A stretch of 64,000 bases of DNA from a virus: the UHGV virus genome UHGV-0197549; one strand, given 5' to 3'. How positions within the stretch are numbered: the stretch's first letter is position 1; the number at the start of each line of letters is the position of its first letter. Below, one piece after another: positions 58,864-64,000 of this stretch. Position numbers and translations under genes: made by a program. A model generated the notes under the pieces. It was not told where the DNA came from, did not search any database, and saw only the letters and a program-made list of their open reading frames with translations.

Positions 58864-59685
58864 TTAATTATACATGATGTTTTCACTTCTACTTTTGTAA
58901 AGGTGGGGTGTTGGGGGAACTTTTCCAATAGTATCAATTAAATTAGTTTTTTGTATATTAGTGTATTCCTGTAGTAAAACTTTAATTTCTTCCAACTCTT
59001 TATTTTGCTTTTTAATATATTCATCTGATGTGTTGTTATTGGGAAAAACCGTAAAGATGTATATCAATAGCCCACTTAGTCCAACAGTAAGCACCCATTT
59101 GAATACTTCTTGACTAAAACTGTATAATTTAGATTTTTGATAATCACTGCCAACTGAATAACTCTTAAAATTTCGAAGTTTCCAGCATCTATATTTATCA
59201 AATAGTGAAGGAGAACCATCAATTGAAGTACATTCCATATATGAATTTAAGTAATTCCATTGTTTTTTGAGAAATGATATATCATTAAGTTTCTTAGGAT
59301 GAATGTAATCTTCTACAAATATGGCAGATTCAATAGATTTAGTATATGGAGTACTGGAAGGATGTAATATTATAGCAACATATCCGTGATCGTTAAGATG
59401 GAATGCTAAAGTAGCTCCATTTTCAACCAAAAACTCCTTATTTGTTTTTAAATCTTTAGTTATTGTTATTTTTTCATCATAAGAGCTGGCCCCATAGAAT
59501 ACTTCAGCAATTCTGTTATTAACAGCCCCATTTCTTCCCTTAGGGCAAACGCAAAGCATATATATATCATCTAATTTATTATATTTTTGATCATCTGCCT
59601 TAAATTTCTTAAATACAGCTTCAATTTTTGACGTTTGAAACTCTTGAAATAACCTCACTCGATCTAACCTAGTGTCTTTTGTCAT
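58864..59685 (-). CDS. membrane-anchored protein of unknown function (moron cargo)
   Basis: 273 aa. A soluble N-domain, a single TM helix (WVLTVGLSGLLIYIFTVF), and a short C-terminal coiled coil. Confidence 0.35.
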   Translation of the reverse strand: MTKDTRLDRVRLFQEFQTSKIEAVFKKFKADDQKYNKLDDIYMLCVCPKGRNGAVNNRIAEVFYGASSYDEKITITKDLKTNKEFLVENGATLAFHLNDHGYVAIILHPSSTPYTKSIESAIFVEDYIHPKKLNDISFLKKQWNYLNSYMECTSIDGSPSLFDKYRCWKLRNFKSYSVGSDYQKSKLYSFSQEVFKWVLTVGLSGLLIYIFTVFPNNNTSDEYIKKQNKELEEIKVLLQEYTNIQKTNLIDTIGKVPPTPHLYKSRSENIMYN

Positions 59686-59854
59686 AATAATATGGATTTA
59701 TGTTTTTTGTTGATTAATGCCATAAAGATAATAAACATAAAAATAACTACATATTATTTCATATATTTATTTATAAAGCATTTTATAATTGTTTGTTCCC
59801 TCTTTTATAGTGTATTCCCCTATACTTTCCTATATAACCTAAATCATGTAAATA
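59686..59854. promoter_or_regulatory. AT-rich divergent promoter region
   Basis: Non-coding spacer. It carries the CCCCTATACTTTCC motif at 59817-59830, 25 nt upstream of ATG 59855. Confidence 0.35.
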
Positions 59855-60298
59855 ATGAAACTCACACTAAAACGAAAGTTCGTCGGTGACAAATACACCG
59901 TTGGAGATTTATTCATTGACGGTAAGTTCTTCTGCAACGCAATTGAGGATACAGTAAGAAAACTTCCGGTTATTTGTCCTTATACCTCCAAAGGACAATC
60001 CTGTAAATGCAAAGAGAAAATCTATGCGCAGACTGCCATTTCAGCTGGAACGTATAAAGTAACCATGGAATACAGTCCACGATTCAAACGCAAGTTGCCA
60101 CTCCTACATAATGTACCTCACTTCATTGGGATTCTCATTCATAGCGGTACCACGGAAATAGATTCAGCCGGCTGTTTAATTGTTGGGAATAACACCATCA
60201 AAGGCAAGGTAACTGAATCACGTGCCACCTCCGACAAGTTGAACGCCATTCTATCCAAAGAAAAACACATCACAATCGAAATAATCAATGGCAAGTAA
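59855..60298 (+). CDS. L,D-transpeptidase (YkuD)-like domain protein
   Basis: 147 aa. IHSGTTEIDSAGCLIV fits the YkuD H-G/S-T...S-x-G-C-(I/L/V) catalytic pattern. Confidence 0.35.
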   Translation: MKLTLKRKFVGDKYTVGDLFIDGKFFCNAIEDTVRKLPVICPYTSKGQSCKCKEKIYAQTAISAGTYKVTMEYSPRFKRKLPLLHNVPHFIGILIHSGTTEIDSAGCLIVGNNTIKGKVTESRATSDKLNAILSKEKHITIEIINGK

Positions 60299-60521
60299 AA
60301 AGTTGGTCCCACCTAAGAACCTTCACATCGACTTCAAGCCTTCACCTAAACAGTATGAACTCTGGAAACTACTCCAGCCTGAATGCCCGTTATGTGGAGG
60401 TGAAATCGAACAGAAGCTGATAGGCTACGACACCAATCACAACCCCAAGTATAAGCCGCACTGCATCAAGTGTGGCAATTCCAATATACCGCAACTCATT
60501 CTGGGTGGCGGTGCCGCTGGT
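60288..60521 (+). CDS. terL: terminase large subunit, exon 1 (N-terminus through first half of Walker A)
   Basis: The encoded PSPKQYELWKLL...Zn-ribbon...IPQLILGGGAAG ends inside the P-loop. Left alone, the ORF would run to a stop after 10 more non-homologous codons. The exon's last nucleotide is U (60521), pairing with G of the intron guide sequence. Confidence 0.7.
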
Positions 60522-60792
60522 AAACGATTCCTCTGCCAGCCTATGCAGTAATGCATAGAAAACAATCTCTTTAATTGCTGGAAACTCTGACCGCATAATG
60601 GCGAAGACAATCAGCAGCCAAGCCGGTTCAGCCGGAAGGTTCAACGGCTATCCGAAAGGAGTACGGTCAAGCGACCGGAAATGGGAGACTCCTTAGTCAG
60701 CTAAGGATGAAGATATAGTCTCATCTGCATGGAAACATGCAGCAGCGAAAGCGGTCACACCGTAGCGAAGTGTGGCGAAGAAATACCAAATG
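60522..60792 (+). ncRNA. group I self-splicing intron (ORF-less, ~271 nt) in terL
   Basis: IGS GCCAGC (60535-60540) pairs with exon GCUGGU with U-G at the splice site. P element AATTGCTGGAAA (60573-60584). Q element AATCAGCAGCCAAGCC (60609-60624), covarying with P. R-like GGAGACT (60684-60690). P8 hairpin CCTTAG-tcag-CTAAGG (60691-60706). S element AAGATATAGTC (60710-60720). P9 CTGCATG-GAAA-CATGCAG with GNRA loop (60725-60742). Terminal G at 60792. Confidence 0.7.
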
Positions 60793-62142
60793 GGTGGAAA
60801 ATCGTATTTGGCAAGTGTTTGGCTTGTGAGTAGTTGTATTAGATTTCCGGATGTGCGTGCAATAGTGGCGAGAAAGACGTTGAAATCTTTAAAGGAAAGT
60901 ACCTGGAATACAATCCGTATGATTATTAAGGGCTGGGGGCTCGTTGAAGATGTGAACTATCATATTAACAGCGTAGCCGGAACTCTTCGGTTTTGGAATG
61001 ATTCAGTAATTCTGATGCTTGATTTAGCCGATTTACCCTCGGACCCAAATTTCGAGCGTTTTGGTTCAATGGAAGCAACGATTGCGGCATGTGATGAGGT
61101 TTCGGAAGTTAGTCAGAAAGCAATTGAAGTATTGTTTTCTCGTTTACGATGGAAGACACACGAGACATTCAAAGTTTCTAAAATGCTCCTTACAACCAAT
61201 CCGACAACCAACTGGGTAAGAACCCGATTCGTACAAGACGAAAACGGAGACAAGACAGTTACACGTGAAGGTGAGTTTTATGTTCCCTTCAGTGTATTCG
61301 ACAATCCCGACATCGCCTTCCGCCAAACCTACGAAGCCGCTCTAAACAAGATCAGCGACCAGGCAACGAAAGAGCGACTACTTTACGGTAACTGGGACTT
61401 TGTAGAGGCAAACGACATGGCGCTCTACAATCAGTTCGACGGGACCAGGCATTTGATTACCGGACTGAAAGAAAAGGTATATGACCCAACTAAGCCGCTG
61501 ATCGTTGTGTGGGACTTCAACGTTGCACCTTATATGTCTACCCTGTTAGTTCAGATTGACTACGACAAGAAGAAGGTATATATTATCGAAGAGATACTGG
61601 GAAAGGCAGAGGATAAAGAGAATAACACACCATCACTCGCCCGAAAAATCAAAAAGAAGATGTACCGTCAAAAACACATCGGAGGCTTGGATATAACAGG
61701 CGACCCAGCCGGACTCCAACGTTCAACCACCAACGAAGACGGCGTGAATAACTATACGATAATAAATGAGACGTTGGGCAAAGGGATACTGCGCCCAAAA
61801 ATCAAACTCCTGAAGAAGCAACCGCCACAGGCACCACGTTGTGAGTTTGTGAATGAAGTTTTCAAAGGTTACAACGGTTGGGAAATAATGATTGACCTGC
61901 GTTGCCGGAAACTTACACAGGACTTAATCTATCAGCTAAAGAACGAGGACGGAAGCAAAGGAAAGCCTAAAGTAACGGACTCTAAAACCGGAGTGAAGTA
62001 CGAAAAGTACGGTCACTTGTCAGATTGCCTTGATTATTTGCTTTGCTATTATCTTAGAGATGCGTGGTATAAGTTCAAGAGCGGTGACGATAGCGGCAGC
62101 ATCCTTTCTACAGCTACCATTTCAGAAGGATTTAACTACTAA
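60793..62142 (+). CDS. terL: terminase large subunit, exon 2 (rest of Walker A, ATPase and nuclease domains)
   Basis: Begins GGKSYLASVWLV...IVARKTLKSLKES, continuing the P-loop and the conserved post-Walker-A segment (compare SPP1-type GGRGSGKSTFIAMKIV...IVLRKVANTLRDS, from memory). Walker B-like ACDEVSEV and TTNP motifs follow. The ORF has no independent upstream extension (stops at 60694 and 60763). Confidence 0.7.
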   Translation, partial: GGKSYLASVWLVSSCIRFPDVRAIVARKTLKSLKESTWNTIRMIIKGWGLVEDVNYHINSVAGTLRFWNDSVILMLDLADLPSDPNFERFGSMEATIAACDEVSEVSQKAIEVLFSRLRWKTHETFKVSKMLLTTNPTTNWVRTRFVQDENGDKTVTREGEFYVPFSVFDNPDIAFRQTYEAALNKISDQATKERLLYGNWDFVEANDMALYNQFDGTRHLITGLKEKVYDPTKPLIVVWDFNVAPYMSTLLVQIDYDKKKVYIIEEILGKAEDKENNTPSLARKIKKKMYRQKHIGGLDITGDPAGLQRSTTNEDGVNNYTIINETLGKGILRPKIKLLKKQPPQAPRCEFVNEVFKGYNGWEIMIDLRCRKLTQDLIYQLKNEDGSKGKPKVTDSKTGVKYEKYGHLSDCLDYLLCYYLRDAWYKFKSGDDSGSILSTATISEGFNY

Positions 62143-62152
62143 AACTATTAAT

Positions 62153-63172
62153 ATGTACAGACGATTTCTTAATGATTCCGATTACTTGAGCCTTCTCACA
62201 CCGGAAGCTCTTTCCCAGATTACCCGCAACGATACCGGACGCTTTATCCAGGCGGAAGAGGCGGCTGAAATGAGCATCGTGGAATATCTAAGCGAAAATT
62301 ACGAAGTAGTACAGGAACTGAACCGGGGAAAGTATATTGCGGAGTATGACAGACGCATCACTTTTCCGGTCGGGGCGCATATCTATCTGGAGAATAGAAT
62401 ATATGAAGTAACCCAATCAATCAGCGGTTATAAAGTGCCTTCATTGGTCGAATACTGGGAAGAACATCTGGACACGAACTTGGATATGGAAACGATAAAC
62501 AACTACTCCCAGTTCGGAACCTACTACAAAGGGAATATTGTGAAGTACAACGACATCCTGTATATGTGTCTTCAGGATAACGGGTATAAATTCGATAACA
62601 TCAGAATCCCTCTCGTAAATGGCTGGCTGGAAGCGCACTATTTCGATTGGGAGCCGGTAGAATATAACCTTTGGGATGTGGTCCGTTATGAAGGCGGATT
62701 CTATACCTTGATGAGCCTTGACAGCTTCGACAATAATATCACGCCGTTGAAAAGTGAGAACTGGGGAGCGATAGCCGATTATGATTCCAACTATAATCAG
62801 TATGAGTTAAACGGGCACGAATATGTGGTTTATGAAGGTAAGGTGTTCTATCCGGAACTCGATGTGAACTCGGATATTCCGGAAGTCGGAAAGAACCTGT
62901 CGTTACATGATCCGCGTAACTACAACCTGAAAAAGCACATGCTCAGGTTAGCGGTGTATGAACTTACAAAACTGATTGCTCCTAATAACGTGAGTGTTGT
63001 CCGGTTGCGTGACTATGAGGATTCTATGAAATGGCTGAATGACGCTTCAAAGCTACGCCTCAATCCACAGTTTCCTCGGAGACTGGCAGAAGATAAGAAG
63101 CCGGTAATGGATTGGCAGCTTGCCACTTTCCAGACAAGTTATGACCCGTATAAGAATCCGTGGCTTACCTGA
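62153..63172 (+). CDS. hypothetical protein (last gene of rightward late operon)
   Basis: About 339 aa from the ATG at 62153 (the track ORF starts earlier and overlaps terL). Confidence 0.3.
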   Translation: MYRRFLNDSDYLSLLTPEALSQITRNDTGRFIQAEEAAEMSIVEYLSENYEVVQELNRGKYIAEYDRRITFPVGAHIYLENRIYEVTQSISGYKVPSLVEYWEEHLDTNLDMETINNYSQFGTYYKGNIVKYNDILYMCLQDNGYKFDNIRIPLVNGWLEAHYFDWEPVEYNLWDVVRYEGGFYTLMSLDSFDNNITPLKSENWGAIADYDSNYNQYELNGHEYVVYEGKVFYPELDVNSDIPEVGKNLSLHDPRNYNLKKHMLRLAVYELTKLIAPNNVSVVRLRDYEDSMKWLNDASKLRLNPQFPRRLAEDKKPVMDWQLATFQTSYDPYKNPWLT

Positions 63173-63380
63173 TATAAAACAAAGGCGGCACCTCGATTCA
63201 CATCGCAGCACCGTCACAACACAAACACAAAATAAAACACGACAAAACTACTATTTAATCGTTCTGCAATGTCAGGGAGACATTAGAACTAACTGTTGCG
63301 GCTATTCACATAGGCACAAAGCCCTAAGAACGATTATTATAGTAAACAAATATTTTTGTTTCTTGTTCACAAAGGTAAAC

Positions 63381-63420
63381 AAAAAAGTCGCTCTACCGAA
63401 AGATAGGGCGACTTTTCAAT
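63381..63420. terminator. bidirectional terminator between convergent operons
   Basis: AAAAGTCGC...GCGACTTTT 9-bp inverted repeat with T-tracts on both strands. It separates the + strand late genes from the - strand early operon end. Confidence 0.45.
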
Positions 63421-63442
63421 TTAATTTTGTTCAGTTCACTGG

Positions 63443-63625
63443 TTATTGCTTGGAAGCTTCCAGAGAGGCTTTACGAAATTCTTTCATCATCTTTTCGATT
63501 TCCAGTGATGCTTTGCGAGCACGGGTACCGGCTGCCTTATTATTTTTTTCTATCTGAAGATTTGCATCTTCAATAAATGCTGTGAATGATTCATTCACTT
63601 TTTCTAATAGTTCTTTCATATTCAT
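63443..63625 (-). CDS. Hc1-family bacterial histone H1-like protein
   Basis: 60 aa. NNKAAGTRARKASLEIEKMMKEFRKASLEASKQ closely matches the Hc1/histone-like KAAGTRARK...EFRK pattern remembered from chlamydial and Bacteroidetes Hc1 proteins. Confidence 0.45.
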   Translation of the reverse strand: MNMKELLEKVNESFTAFIEDANLQIEKNNKAAGTRARKASLEIEKMMKEFRKASLEASKQ

Positions 63626-63724
63626 ATCGTTTAATAATGAGACGCAAAATTAAGATAAATAATCTAACTTCGCACCAGCAACACGGAAAAAATAGCTTCA
63701 ATGCAAAAGCTCCCTGACCGGAAA

Positions 63725-64000
63725 TTATTTGATGCGGGCTGTTTTTTCGTCTTCATTATCCACTCGGAACAGCCTTTTCAAGTCCCATTTTTCATCAAGC
63801 AGGCATATAAATTTCCCCGCTTGTATTTCCAGTTCTATAACTGACTCTCCCTGTTCAAGCCCTAATGGATTGTCAGCTTTCATACCCTGAAGTATTCCGA
63901 CGATTAAGTCACTGGTTTCTTCATCTATTGCCTGAGTTGGTTCGGGAATCGCTTTCAGATGAGCTAATAATTCTTCTGATGGTGCATTTTTCTTTTTCAT
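63725..64000 (-). CDS. hypothetical protein (start codon at the window edge)
   Basis: 91-aa ORF whose ATG is the last three bases of the window. In a circular map it precedes the 89..436 gene in the same leftward operon. Confidence 0.3.
   Translation of the reverse strand: MKKKNAPSEELLAHLKAIPEPTQAIDEETSDLIVGILQGMKADNPLGLEQGESVIELEIQAGKFICLLDEKWDLKRLFRVDNEDEKTARIK

Noticed and set aside
60598-60771. A 32-codon ORF (MAKTISSQAG…) and a further 25 codons separated only by two in-frame TAG codons, reading straight into the terL exon-2 frame. This could suggest amber-codon reassignment or a pseudogenised terL N-terminus.
   Set aside because: TAG is used as a genuine stop elsewhere (e.g. 27424-27426 before a terminator). 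The segment lies inside a sequence with clear group I intron core elements. The real TerL N-terminus with the P-loop start is encoded upstream at 60288-60521. Two TAGs in 58 codons of non-coding sequence is expected by chance.
1-64000. Search for tRNA genes, CRISPR arrays, integrase/att sites and toxin-antitoxin pairs.
   Set aside because: No T-loop-like GTTCRANYC motifs in intergenic regions, no spaced identical short repeats, no tyrosine or serine recombinase motifs, and no small adjacent toxin/antitoxin-like ORF pairs were seen.

Overview
The window reads as a near-complete, circularly permuted genome (about 64 kb) of a tailed dsDNA phage with myovirus-like tail genes. Few purine-rich SD sequences were noted, promoter regions are AT-rich, and there is an Hc1 histone-like gene, which together suggest a Bacteroidota host (inference). 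Layout: a leftward early/accessory operon (KilA-N antirepressor-like genes, a YkgJ-like Cys-rich protein, an Hc1 histone-like protein) runs through the window ends and wraps around. Next is a rightward late operon: portal, MuF-like head protein, ClpP-like protease fused to scaffold, major capsid, sheath, tube, frameshifted tail chaperone, 1275-aa tape measure, a large baseplate cluster and two long tail-fibre genes. Then come a DNA-metabolism block (putative SSB, SbcD, SbcC, RuvC-like resolvase, ECF-type sigma factor, DnaB-like helicase, DnaG-like primase, a split DnaE polymerase, DnaQ exonuclease), terminase small subunit, a lysis cassette, an AntA antirepressor, and finally the terminase large subunit. 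Most notable features: (1) a 271-nt ORF-less group I self-splicing intron interrupting the terminase large-subunit gene inside the Walker A codons, with recognisable P, Q, R, S core elements, an internal guide sequence and a GNRA-capped P9; (2) the DnaE Pol III alpha gene is split at a conserved motif into two translationally coupled ORFs whose junction residues look like degenerate split-intein (Hint) halves that lack the catalytic residues; (3) two AT-rich, opposite-strand morons inside late operons, one carrying umuDC plus a membrane protein, the other carrying two pentapeptide-repeat proteins and a membrane-anchored protein (candidate exclusion/defence or anti-defence cargo); (4) two recurrent sequence motifs, CCCCTATACYTTG upstream of operon-leading late genes (a candidate promoter, possibly for the phage sigma factor) and AACCTTAAACC-like elements immediately upstream of many late start codons. 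No tRNA, CRISPR, reverse transcriptase/DGR or integrase was found.
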